DNA from: a virus
DNA length: 64,000 nucleotides
IMG/VR virus record: IMGVR_UViG_3300002448_000002
Location: 1,569 to 65,568 of that record
Reading direction: 5' to 3' (one strand)
Positions within the stretch are counted from its first letter, which is position 1; the number at the start of each line of letters is the position of its first letter. The notes under the pieces were generated by a model. That model was not told where the DNA came from, made no database searches, and was given only the letters and a program-made list of their open reading frames with translations. The translations under genes and the position numbers were made by a program. Below, in pieces: positions 1 through 8,898 of this stretch.

Positions 1-1
1 G

Positions 2-700
2 GTTGAGGACGTGTACAAGTGGCTAGATGAGGCAGCCGACTGGTGCAACAAGAAGAAGCAGCCCCTGCTTTTCATTCTGGATTCTCTCGATGCTGTTTCT
101 TCTCGCCAGGAAATGGCACGTGATATCAACGATGATTCCTATGGCACCGAACGTGCGAAGAAGGTCGGGGAGGCGGTCCGAAAGGTCAACGCGAAGGCTT
201 CCAAGGCTGGCGTTACCATCGTCATTATTTCGCAAACACGGGCGAAGATAGGAGTCACGTTTGGCGCCACGAAGACACGGTCGGGCGGCGCGGCGTTGGA
301 CTTCTACGCATCTCAGATTGTTTGGCTATCCGAGATCAAGCTGCTCAAGAAGACCATCCGCAAAATCGAAAGACCAGTTGGAAAAGTCATTCGAATTCGA
401 GTACGGAAAAACAAGGCTGGGTTACCGAACCGGGAGTTAGAGCTTCCATTGATTTACGGTTATGGAATCGACGACATGATGGCCCACGCCGAGTTCCTAG
501 ATAAGGCCATTGGTTTCGACGACCCACGTATAGCGTCTCTCGGGTTGGTGAAGTCTACCTACAAGGAAACGATCACTAGGTTGCGAGACTCCCCCGGTCC
601 AATACGTGGAAATGCTAAGGCGCTTCTGAGTGAAGTAACGGAAGAAGCGTGGAACGAGATTGAAACCCGCTTTATTCCGAAACGGGGGAAGTACGAGTGA
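2..700 (+). CDS. recA: RecA/UvsX-like recombinase, 5'-truncated at window edge
   Basis: Frame open from position 2; Walker B region FILDSLDAV, IIISQTRAKIGVTFG, TRSGGAALDFYAS and VRKNKAGLP match RecA core motifs. Confidence 0.88.
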   Translation, partial: VEDVYKWLDEAADWCNKKKQPLLFILDSLDAVSSRQEMARDINDDSYGTERAKKVGEAVRKVNAKASKAGVTIVIISQTRAKIGVTFGATKTRSGGAALDFYASQIVWLSEIKLLKKTIRKIERPVGKVIRIRVRKNKAGLPNRELELPLIYGYGIDDMMAHAEFLDKAIGFDDPRIASLGLVKSTYKETITRLRDSPGPIRGNAKALLSEVTEEAWNEIETRFIPKRGKYE

Positions 701-1359
701 GCCCATACATCCCGAATTACGAAGTCACCAAGCTCGTTCTGAAAACGATAAGGGGTCACAAGAACGTAGCACACACCCCGTACTATCTTCAGCAGATTCT
801 TTCAGAAGCGGGGGTGGACTATTCCCTCTATCAGAGGTGGATGACGGCCGGGGCCATGATGCACAAAGCCCCGGCTAGTGAGACGCGTGACTTCGTGGGT
901 AATCATGTGCTGCAGAGGCACTGTACTCATTTCTACGAAACCATAACTGAGCAGCTTGCCCGACATACAGAGCTTGGACCTGTCAGGGAACTGCACGGAC
1001 CGCAGAGGTTCATTGATTCCAAGGTATATCAGAAGTACGGGATGTCCCTTACGGATTACTTGCTTCAGTTTCTTTACGGAAGATACTACTTGAACGACGC
1101 ATGCCACATGGTGCACATATCTCGCAGCACGTTCTGGCGTTGGTTTCGGTGGGGCAGGTTGGGCTCTTCATACGGCAGGTTTAGGGATTTTTACACACGC
1201 ACCAGATTCTGTTTGTTAATGAACCACGTATTCGAGGACAAACCAAATGGTCAAGAAGAAGGCAAGCGCAAAATCGAAAGGCGGTGGCCGCAAGTCAGCA
1301 GCAAAAGGAGGCGGGTACGAGAGGTGGTGCGCAAAAGAGCTGTCCTTGTGGATCACTAA
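697..1359 (+). CDS. Hypothetical protein with two tandem HTH-like segments
   Basis: YYLQQILSEAGVDYSLYQRWMTAG and YYLNDACHMVHISRSTFWRWFRWG; GTGA overlap with the recA stop. Confidence 0.55.
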   Translation: MSPYIPNYEVTKLVLKTIRGHKNVAHTPYYLQQILSEAGVDYSLYQRWMTAGAMMHKAPASETRDFVGNHVLQRHCTHFYETITEQLARHTELGPVRELHGPQRFIDSKVYQKYGMSLTDYLLQFLYGRYYLNDACHMVHISRSTFWRWFRWGRLGSSYGRFRDFYTRTRFCLLMNHVFEDKPNGQEEGKRKIERRWPQVSSKRRRVREVVRKRAVLVDH

Positions 1360-1834
1360 CGATTCCACCGAGGACGCTGTTTGGAGGTCTGCGGCGTCCG
1401 GAGCCAAGGCCACCATGCAGGCGAAGGGAGGTGACGCCGCGGAAACTCATGTCGGGGACCTGATTCCTGTAATGACAGAGGCGTTCCCTTTCTTCGAAAC
1501 ATTCGCGGTGGAATGCAAGAGGGTGAGGCTGCTGCAGTGGCGTTCTATGTTTAACCCGGGTGTGAAGTGCAACATTCAGGAATTTTGGAATCAGGCTGTC
1601 AGCCAGTCAGCATGTCGCATTCCCTTGCTGATCATGCGAGAGGACAATGGTGTGGATCTTCTCGCGGCGTCCACTTTTCTGCTTGAAGGTGTTACCCAAC
1701 CTCTGTCAAAGTGGATTATCAATGGGCAGGACGTATCCATAGTACCTTTGTCCACGATACTTAATCATGTCCACGTAACCAAGTTCGTGGAGAGCGCCCG
1801 TCTGTATCGCAAAGCGATTATTGGGGAAGGATGA
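1247..1834 (+). CDS. Holliday junction resolvase (Hjc-like PD-(D/E)xK nuclease)
   Basis: KGGGYERWCAKELSLW, WRSAASG, GDLIP, FAVECKR, FWNQAVSQ, PLLIMRED; start uncertain. Confidence 0.75.
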   Translation: MVKKKASAKSKGGGRKSAAKGGGYERWCAKELSLWITNDSTEDAVWRSAASGAKATMQAKGGDAAETHVGDLIPVMTEAFPFFETFAVECKRVRLLQWRSMFNPGVKCNIQEFWNQAVSQSACRIPLLIMREDNGVDLLAASTFLLEGVTQPLSKWIINGQDVSIVPLSTILNHVHVTKFVESARLYRKAIIGEG

Positions 1835-2880
1835 TGCAGTGCAAACTACTCGCCAATTCCATCGTCACCACGGACCTCCACCTTTCGGAAGCAAAACACG
1901 CTAAGTATAGGTGGAAGATCTTTTCGGAGTTGCTGTCCTTGGCGGAAGAGGTTACAGCGGATTGGTTGTACATTTTAGGGGACCTGACGGACGCTAAAGA
2001 CCACCATTCAGCAGAGTTTGTTAATGACGTTTGGAAGCGTGTCAGGGTGTTGGCGAAGTCAATGAACGTGGTGATTCTGAAAGGTAATCACGACTACAGG
2101 ACAGGACCGGCATTCTTCAAGTGGTTGGATGACATTCCTGGTGTGACCTATGTAGACGTACCCGGCGAGTTACGTGGAGGTATGTTGTGCCTTCCACATA
2201 CGCGCACTCCGAAGATTGATTGGAAGTCGTGGGACTTCTCCAAGTACGATTGCGTCTTGATACACGAAACAGCAAACGGGTCCATCGTATCGAATGGTTA
2301 CAAGGTGCCAGGTATCGACCCAGTGCTTGGAGTGAGAAAGGACTGTCTGGTGTTGAGCGGAGACGTCCACGTTCCTCAGAAGGTCGGGGACATTGTGTAC
2401 GTCGGAAGCCCTTACCACGTTCACTTCGGGGACCGTTTCAAACCACGCGTCCTCCACTTCGATTCACAAGGCGTTGCTTCGGACGTGCATCTGGATTTCC
2501 CGGAACGTTTCGTCCTCACACTTAGGAACGCAAGCGAGTTGATGGGAAACGACGCTTTGAAGCCTGGCAACATGCTGAAGATACGAATCGACATGGACTT
2601 AACATCCATGGACTTTAGGTCCATTCGTCAGCAGGTTGTGGAGTACTGCACAGCGCGAGGCGTCGTCATTCAAGGTATGGAAATCGTCAAGCCGAAACAC
2701 AGGCTGAGGCGTCCCCTGCCGGGATCAACCGCAATGCGGGGTGATGATGTACAGACGCAGGAAATCACCGGCAGGGGCGAGCCTGCTGCGGCTATTCGGA
2801 CGTATGGAGAGGATATGATCGCGGATGAGGAAACGATTGAGCACGGTATCAAATTGCTGCAGGAAGCACGTGAAAAATGA
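1831..2880 (+). CDS. Mre11/SbcD-like (T4 gp47-like) metallophosphoesterase nuclease
   Basis: DLH, LGDLTD, GNHD, SGDVH, YVGSP motifs; adjacent to the Rad50-like ATPase. Confidence 0.9.
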   Translation: MMQCKLLANSIVTTDLHLSEAKHAKYRWKIFSELLSLAEEVTADWLYILGDLTDAKDHHSAEFVNDVWKRVRVLAKSMNVVILKGNHDYRTGPAFFKWLDDIPGVTYVDVPGELRGGMLCLPHTRTPKIDWKSWDFSKYDCVLIHETANGSIVSNGYKVPGIDPVLGVRKDCLVLSGDVHVPQKVGDIVYVGSPYHVHFGDRFKPRVLHFDSQGVASDVHLDFPERFVLTLRNASELMGNDALKPGNMLKIRIDMDLTSMDFRSIRQQVVEYCTARGVVIQGMEIVKPKHRLRRPLPGSTAMRGDDVQTQEITGRGEPAAAIRTYGEDMIADEETIEHGIKLLQEAREK

Positions 2881-4718
2881 GCATTCGACTGTGCGATATG
2901 GAGCTCTATGCGTTCCGATCATTCGTGTCCCCGGAGCATGTGGAGTTTCCTTCTAGACCGGGGCTGTATCTGCTCGGTGGACGTAATGAAGTGGAACCCC
3001 TTGTAGGTGCGAACGGTACGGGCAAGAGTTCGCTATGGGGAGCCTTGTGCTGGGCTCTCTATGATCGATATCCGAACGGTTTGCGGTCCACCTCCATGGC
3101 GACGTGGGATGCAGGGCACTCTCCGGGCGTCACATGCGCGCTCGAGGTGGATGGAGTCCCGCACACTGTAACCCGCACCTGGAAGCCGAACAAGCTGCTA
3201 CTGGACGGAGAGCCGACCGACCAGGAGGTTGTAGAGAATCTGATTCAATGCGATATGTCGCAGTTCCTTCACTCGGTGTACATTGGTCAGGGTGCAAAGA
3301 CGTTTCTGGATTACTCATCTATGGAACGTGCTTCGTTCATATCCACATTGCTGAATCTGGACGTATGGGACCGGGCCAGAGATCACGCTTCGAAGACGTC
3401 CAATACGGCTGCGAAGCAAAGGGAAAGGTTTGATAAGGAGGTCGAGCGTCTGAACGGGTCTATCGACGCTCTACGGTCCATGTCGCTGCAGGAGCAGATA
3501 GACAAGTTCGAAGAGGACCGCAAGTCCGAAGAAGAACAGGTACGAGTTCGATTGAATCGTTTGAACTCTGACATAGCGAAGCTGGACTCCATCGAATCGG
3601 AGAACCGATCAAAGAACAAGGGTCTGCAAAAGCAAGTCAAAGATAAACAGCAGGAAGTGGAGGAGCTGCAACGTGCCCTGTCCGACGAATCGCGACGACA
3701 CAAAGAGGCTCTCAGCAAAGCAGCGGTAGCCCGCAACGAGCACGAAAAGGCGGTAAAGGATTTCGACCTGGTGAACAAAGAGGTCAAGTGCCCGACGTGT
3801 GGATCTGACCTATTGGGAGGTCGGCACGTAGACATTCGCAAGGAAATTGAAAAGCAGATGTTCCAGTTGGCGGCTCAGTATCGAATACTGGACAAGGAAC
3901 GAAAAGAGCTGGCGATTACTGTGCGCGAATTGGAGGAATCGTTACAGGAGGTACGTGCCGAATACGAAAGTGCATCCAGGACCTTGGCTACTCAGACAGC
4001 AGATGCCAGAGCCGCACGGGTGTCCAGAGCCCCTATAGTTTCAGAACGGGACGTCACAGAAAGAAAGCTCCGGGAGTTGGAGACCCGCACCAATCCATTC
4101 GAAATGCGGGACAGGGAACGGAGAAAGGATCTGGGTAAGCACTACCGACGCCGCGGTCGTGAAATGGAAGCTAGGGATACGTTCGGACGAGAGGCAGCGA
4201 TGTCCTCGTTTTGGTCGAAGGGGTTTGGTCAGATTCGATTGGAAATGATCGGGGAAGTAATGAAGCGTCTTGAAAACGAATGCGCCGTGAATCTTACCGA
4301 CTTGGGACTTCCTGAATGGCACGTTGAGTTCTCATTGGACCGTGAAAACAAAAGCGGTACGGTGACCAAAGGCTTTCACGCCATGGTGCATTCCCCGCAT
4401 AACGAAGGCCCTGTTCCTTTCGAAGCGTGGAGTGGTGGGGAGGCCCAGAGGCTACGTCTCGCTGTAGCCATGGGGCTGTCCGACATGGTGCAAGATTTCA
4501 CATCCTCACAATGGAACTTTGAGGTGTGGGATGAACCTTGCACATGGTTAAGTACAGATGGTATAGTCATGTTGTTGGACGCACTCAAGGAACGCGCCCG
4601 ACGCACAAGCAAGGTGGTCTGGTTGGTGGATCACCGTTCTCTGAATGCCGGTTCATTCGATGGAGTGGCGACAGTGGTAAAGGATGAGCACGGCAGCCAG
4701 TTTCTATGGGAGGAATGA
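2877..4718 (+). CDS. Rad50/SbcC-like (T4 gp46-like) ABC ATPase
   Basis: Walker A GANGTGKSS, long coiled coil with CPTCG zinc hook, signature WSGGE, Walker B VWDEP, H-loop VDH. Confidence 0.92.
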   Translation: MSIRLCDMELYAFRSFVSPEHVEFPSRPGLYLLGGRNEVEPLVGANGTGKSSLWGALCWALYDRYPNGLRSTSMATWDAGHSPGVTCALEVDGVPHTVTRTWKPNKLLLDGEPTDQEVVENLIQCDMSQFLHSVYIGQGAKTFLDYSSMERASFISTLLNLDVWDRARDHASKTSNTAAKQRERFDKEVERLNGSIDALRSMSLQEQIDKFEEDRKSEEEQVRVRLNRLNSDIAKLDSIESENRSKNKGLQKQVKDKQQEVEELQRALSDESRRHKEALSKAAVARNEHEKAVKDFDLVNKEVKCPTCGSDLLGGRHVDIRKEIEKQMFQLAAQYRILDKERKELAITVRELEESLQEVRAEYESASRTLATQTADARAARVSRAPIVSERDVTERKLRELETRTNPFEMRDRERRKDLGKHYRRRGREMEARDTFGREAAMSSFWSKGFGQIRLEMIGEVMKRLENECAVNLTDLGLPEWHVEFSLDRENKSGTVTKGFHAMVHSPHNEGPVPFEAWSGGEAQRLRLAVAMGLSDMVQDFTSSQWNFEVWDEPCTWLSTDGIVMLLDALKERARRTSKVVWLVDHRSLNAGSFDGVATVVKDEHGSQFLWEE

Positions 4719-5206
4719 AGATGAAACTTTTGCAGGTTCCCGAGTTGGATCACACCATTGTGGTGTCCAAAACCATCACCACTGAAACAGCACACAGGCT
4801 CACAAACTACGCGGGAAAGTGCGCGCACATTCACGGTCACTCCTGGCAGTGGACAGTGAAGGTGCGGTGCGGTCTCATGTCCAATGGATTGGCCATTGAC
4901 TTTGGAGACATCAAACAGGTTTTGAACTCTCGAATCCATGACCTTTTTGATCACGCTATTGTGCTGCACGAGCTGGATCCTTTGGTGGGCTATGCGTCGG
5001 ATTTGGGAATGGAAATCGGCGCTATGCTGGCTCCTATTCCGGGTGGTGAAACGCGTGTTGTAGTGGTAGACGCAAACCCGACTTCGGAAAATATGGCACT
5101 GTATGCGAAGAAGGTGCTTTGGGAGGACTTGCGAACGAGGAATCCAAGTGTCGCATCTGTGAAAGTGATCGTCAACGAAACCTGTACTTCAGCAGCGGAG
5201 GTGTGA
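4715..5206 (+). CDS. queD: 6-carboxy-5,6,7,8-tetrahydropterin synthase
   Basis: AHRL..Y.GKC..IHGHSW, IDFGDIK, FDH, NPTSENMA and V.VNET motifs; ATGA coupling at 4715. Confidence 0.92.
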   Translation: MKMKLLQVPELDHTIVVSKTITTETAHRLTNYAGKCAHIHGHSWQWTVKVRCGLMSNGLAIDFGDIKQVLNSRIHDLFDHAIVLHELDPLVGYASDLGMEIGAMLAPIPGGETRVVVVDANPTSENMALYAKKVLWEDLRTRNPSVASVKVIVNETCTSAAEV

Positions 5207-5207
5207 G

Positions 5208-6107
5208 ATGAACCCAGAAAGTGAACAGTGGTCGGAGCGAGCAGACGAGCCTGGCAAGCTCAATGTACTCGGTGTCTTCCTGACGGTGGACGGAGAGGCG
5301 ACGGGATTCCACATGGGCACGTGGACCGTCTTCGTTCGATTGACAGGGTGCAGGGTGGGGTGCCGATGGTGTGACACCAAGTACTCGTGGTCGATCAAGC
5401 AGGGTGAGCTTGTGACGCCCCCGGAGCTGTCCTCGTTGGTTATGGAGATGATGCAAGGCGCGACGAAGATCTCTATCACGGGAGGCGAACCTCTGGAACA
5501 GGACAGCGTTGCGCTGCGAACATTTGTGGCGGACATGATCAACCGGGGATTCAACGTCAGCATGGAAACCTCGGGTACGGAATGTATGTATGATTTTTCC
5601 GATTGGTTGTCCAAGAACGCTAACCGGGCGAGGATGTCATTCGTCGTGGACTACAAGCTCCCGTCGGCGCACGCCCTCAAGCCATTCATGTGGCCGAACT
5701 ACAGCAACATGGACGACTGGGACGTGATCAAGTTCGTGGTCGGAGACAGCAACGACTTCGAAGAAATGGTCAAGGTTGCCCGACATATGCGCTTCCTTAG
5801 CCACACCACCTGGAAGCGTGGCTGGATGCCTCGTCTTGTCGCGTCTCCGGTGGTGACGGACACCCCAGGTTCTGAATCCAAGATGACCCCGTTCCTTCTT
5901 GCAGAGTCCCTCAAGAACCACGACGACCCCATATGCCGGCAGATCGGCATGAACATCCAGGGACACAAGTACATTTGGGACGACAACGCACGCGACGAAG
6001 AGGAGGGTGTGAAATGGGAGGACGTACTCGCCGACGTGCGCCAATCCTCGACGAACAACGAGTCGGATCTGACGGCAGTTCAGAGGGGAGGACTTCACCA
6101 CTCCTAG
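5208..6107 (+). CDS. queE: 7-carboxy-7-deazaguanine synthase (radical SAM)
   Basis: F.TVDGEA, FVRLTGCRVGCRWCDTKYSW (CxxxCxxC), ITGGEPL, METSG, DYKLPS, IKFVV, QGHKYIW; follows queD. Confidence 0.92.
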   Translation: MNPESEQWSERADEPGKLNVLGVFLTVDGEATGFHMGTWTVFVRLTGCRVGCRWCDTKYSWSIKQGELVTPPELSSLVMEMMQGATKISITGGEPLEQDSVALRTFVADMINRGFNVSMETSGTECMYDFSDWLSKNANRARMSFVVDYKLPSAHALKPFMWPNYSNMDDWDVIKFVVGDSNDFEEMVKVARHMRFLSHTTWKRGWMPRLVASPVVTDTPGSESKMTPFLLAESLKNHDDPICRQIGMNIQGHKYIWDDNARDEEEGVKWEDVLADVRQSSTNNESDLTAVQRGGLHHS

Positions 6108-6115
6108 AGAATGGT

Positions 6116-7054
6116 GTGAGAACTCTACTCTTGGTAGACGCCTCAATGGCTGTCTATCGGTCCATGTTCGCGCATCCCACCCTGTCCTCGGGTGGGATGT
6201 TTACGGGGGCGCTGTACGGGATGGTGCAGATGTTGTGTAGCGCCATTCAGAAGTACAGCCCCTCTGCGGTGGTCGTGTGCTACGACCACCCTCCTTATTG
6301 GAGGTCTAAGGAGCTTCCTACGTACAAGTCCGGGAGGGTGTTTCGCGAATCTACCCAAGCCTCTCACATGACACAGCACGCCAAGAACATGGGCTTGGAA
6401 GGTAGCCACGACCATGGGCTTTCTATCAAAGCTCTTGCGCGCGATTCGTGCGAACGTTTCAAGGTGGCTCTGGTTTCCTTGGGCATTCCTTTTCACGCTG
6501 TGGAGGGGCTGGAAGCCGACGACTTGATCGCGTGCGGGGTGCGGGAATTTTCGTGCGAGTTCGAACGCACGATCATCCTCTCGTATGACTCGGACTTGTA
6601 CCAGCTGCTTGACGGTCACGAAGTGTACATGGTACGCAAGAAAGGGAACTTGTACGGACGGGAGGACTTCGTGCAAGAGTTTGGAATCGCACCTGACAAG
6701 TGGGCCGAGGTGTTGTCCCTTATGGGTTCCCACAATGGGGTGCCAGGCATAAAGGGCATTGGCCCGAAGAAAGCGGTCGCCCTTGTGAAAGATCTTGCGA
6801 AAGATAAGGAACTGGAGGATAGTGATATAGTGGTATTGGTAGATTTCATGGATCGAAATATGCCACTCATTATTCTGCCTCACCCGGGTGTAGAAACTGC
6901 TTTCATCATGGACAGGATTGACATGATGCACCCGGAGGAACGTACCTTCATGCGGTGGTTGCATACATACGGAATCGAGTATAGTCCGTTAATGATGGAA
7001 GCGGTGCAGACGTTGAAGCAAAACATCCGCAGGCACGGAACAACCTACGAGTGA
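6116..7054 (+). CDS. 5'-3' exonuclease / flap endonuclease (Pol I N-terminal or T4 RNase H-like)
   Basis: LLVDAS, VVCYD, WR....PTYKSGR, EADDL, DSDLYQL, H3TH motif VPGIKGIGPKKA; probable GTG start at 6116 (ORF track begins at 5933). Confidence 0.88.
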   Translation: MRTLLLVDASMAVYRSMFAHPTLSSGGMFTGALYGMVQMLCSAIQKYSPSAVVVCYDHPPYWRSKELPTYKSGRVFRESTQASHMTQHAKNMGLEGSHDHGLSIKALARDSCERFKVALVSLGIPFHAVEGLEADDLIACGVREFSCEFERTIILSYDSDLYQLLDGHEVYMVRKKGNLYGREDFVQEFGIAPDKWAEVLSLMGSHNGVPGIKGIGPKKAVALVKDLAKDKELEDSDIVVLVDFMDRNMPLIILPHPGVETAFIMDRIDMMHPEERTFMRWLHTYGIEYSPLMMEAVQTLKQNIRRHGTTYE

Positions 7055-7060
7055 GGTTAC

Positions 7061-8470
7061 ATGGAACCAGATCAAAAACTCAGTGGAGCGTTGCAGGAAA
7101 ACGTCCTCTGCTTGTTGGTGTTCAACGCCGAACACGCTCCACTCATTCGTTCCTTGGTGCCGGTAGAGGCGTTTGATTCAAGGTTCTACCGGGACATCGC
7201 AACCAAGGCGATAGACTACTTTGATTCATTCGGGGAGGCGATAGGCGAGCACATAGCGGATGAACTTGAGGACGAATTGAACGGGGAGGATAAGCGCAAG
7301 GCGGATATATACGAGCGTTTATTGAACCGCTTGTTTACCGCACAAGAAGGTATCAATGCGAAGTACGTACTTTCGCGTCTTCGTGAGTTCGTAAAGGCGC
7401 AGGCTCTCAAGGGTTCGATCATGGAGGCGTCCCGTCTTCTATTGGACGGTGACTTGGAGGCGGCAGAGCAGGAACTGGATAAAGGGATGCGAAAGCGCGT
7501 GGACGCTTTCGACCCGGGCATCGACCTTACGGACCCAGACCAGGCACTTCGTTTTTTCGACGACATAGACGAGGTGTTTCCTACCGGTATCAAAACACTA
7601 GATCGCATGGGGGTAGGCCCTGCTCGTGGTCAGTTGTTTCTTTTCATGGCACCTCCGAAACGTGGTAAAACGTGGCTCATGGTTTCCATGGGCGTGAACG
7701 CGATGATGCGCCGTTTTAAGGTGCTGCATATCACTTTGGAGATGTCGGAGAACCTTACCTCCAAGCGGTATATGCAGGCCATGTTTTCGATGACTTCTAA
7801 GCCGTATCCCAAAGGTATCGAGTATCACAAGTTCGATACGTCGGGGAAGGAAATGGCGTTGCGGACGATCACCTTGGACGACCTCCCGAACATGAAGCAG
7901 GAAAACGCGAGGGAATTGCTGGCCTCCAAGATAGCACGTATGCGTGTACCTATTCGAGTCAAGGGGTTTCCCACAGGCAGTCTCACGGTAGGTAATCTAC
8001 GCACTTTCATGATCATGCTGGAACGCACCCACAACTTCGTGCCGGACATTGTGTTGTTGGACATGCTGAATCTCATGAAGATGAACTCAGCACGTATGCG
8101 GGAGGACTTGGGTGCATTGGCAAAAGAGTTTCGTGGTTTGATGATTGAGTTTAACTGCGCTGGTGTGGCCACTATTCATGCGAACCGCTCGTCCGCTAAA
8201 GCCAAGATGGTGGATGAGCAGCACGTTGTCGAAGATTGGAGTGTGATAGGAACAGCGGACACGGTGGTCACATTTTCGCGAACGGATGCGGAGAAGGAGC
8301 TTGGTCTTGCACGTTTAACGGTGACAAATGCTAGGTCCGAGGAGGACAGGTTCAGTGTGTTGATATCGCAGGCGTACGAGATGGGCAAATTTCACATGGA
8401 CTCCATACTACTGCCTCGTGAATACTGGGAGATGTTGAGTTCACAAGAAGGAATCCCAGAGGAGGATTGA
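7061..8470 (+). CDS. dnaB: DnaB-like replicative helicase
   Basis: Walker A APPKRGKT, VLHITLEMS, DIVLLDMLNLM, IHANRS, ADTVVTFSR. Confidence 0.85.
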   Translation: MEPDQKLSGALQENVLCLLVFNAEHAPLIRSLVPVEAFDSRFYRDIATKAIDYFDSFGEAIGEHIADELEDELNGEDKRKADIYERLLNRLFTAQEGINAKYVLSRLREFVKAQALKGSIMEASRLLLDGDLEAAEQELDKGMRKRVDAFDPGIDLTDPDQALRFFDDIDEVFPTGIKTLDRMGVGPARGQLFLFMAPPKRGKTWLMVSMGVNAMMRRFKVLHITLEMSENLTSKRYMQAMFSMTSKPYPKGIEYHKFDTSGKEMALRTITLDDLPNMKQENARELLASKIARMRVPIRVKGFPTGSLTVGNLRTFMIMLERTHNFVPDIVLLDMLNLMKMNSARMREDLGALAKEFRGLMIEFNCAGVATIHANRSSAKAKMVDEQHVVEDWSVIGTADTVVTFSRTDAEKELGLARLTVTNARSEEDRFSVLISQAYEMGKFHMDSILLPREYWEMLSSQEGIPEED

Positions 8471-8473
8471 TTC

Positions 8474-8896
8474 ATGAAAGTTCTTGACGACGGTCATATC
8501 TACGAACTAGAAGAAACCGGACGCGGGGAAGGTACTCAGCAGATAAGTTTTATGAAACGGTCTGGAGGTGCGGTGCGTTATGACCAGGAATGGGACGGTC
8601 TACAAACTCAAGAGGTTTTGCGCGCTTTGATCCATAGGACTATCTACTTGAATGAGATAATCCCGTGCGTTGAAACACAGGACGCAATTTGGCATCTTCG
8701 TATGGCCTTGTTTGTCTACGAAGCGCGCGCATACAGAAGGAAGCAGGAAGGGAAGAATCGTAAGTCCCCGACGCATGATGATACTGCTCGTGCGAGAGGT
8801 TGGCGCGCAATGCCGTATGATGATGTACCTTTTAGTGAGGAGGCTATAGAGTTGCTTCCTGTAGGAGATGATGGTCATATTTTGATCGAGGATTGA
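8474..8896 (+). CDS. Hypothetical protein, possibly Tad1-like (nucleotide-signal sponge family)
   Basis: GHIYEL...ISFMK...GLQTQEVLRALIHRTIYLN...PCVETQDAIWHLRMAL....R..RR follows the recalled Tad1-family pattern. Confidence 0.4.
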   Translation: MKVLDDGHIYELEETGRGEGTQQISFMKRSGGAVRYDQEWDGLQTQEVLRALIHRTIYLNEIIPCVETQDAIWHLRMALFVYEARAYRRKQEGKNRKSPTHDDTARARGWRAMPYDDVPFSEEAIELLPVGDDGHILIED

Positions 8897-8898
8897 CG

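Noticed and set aside
5933-6115. N-terminal extension of the exonuclease given in the ORF track
   Set aside because: It overlaps queE by 175 nt and is low-complexity; homology starts at LLLVDAS, so the start was placed at GTG 6116.
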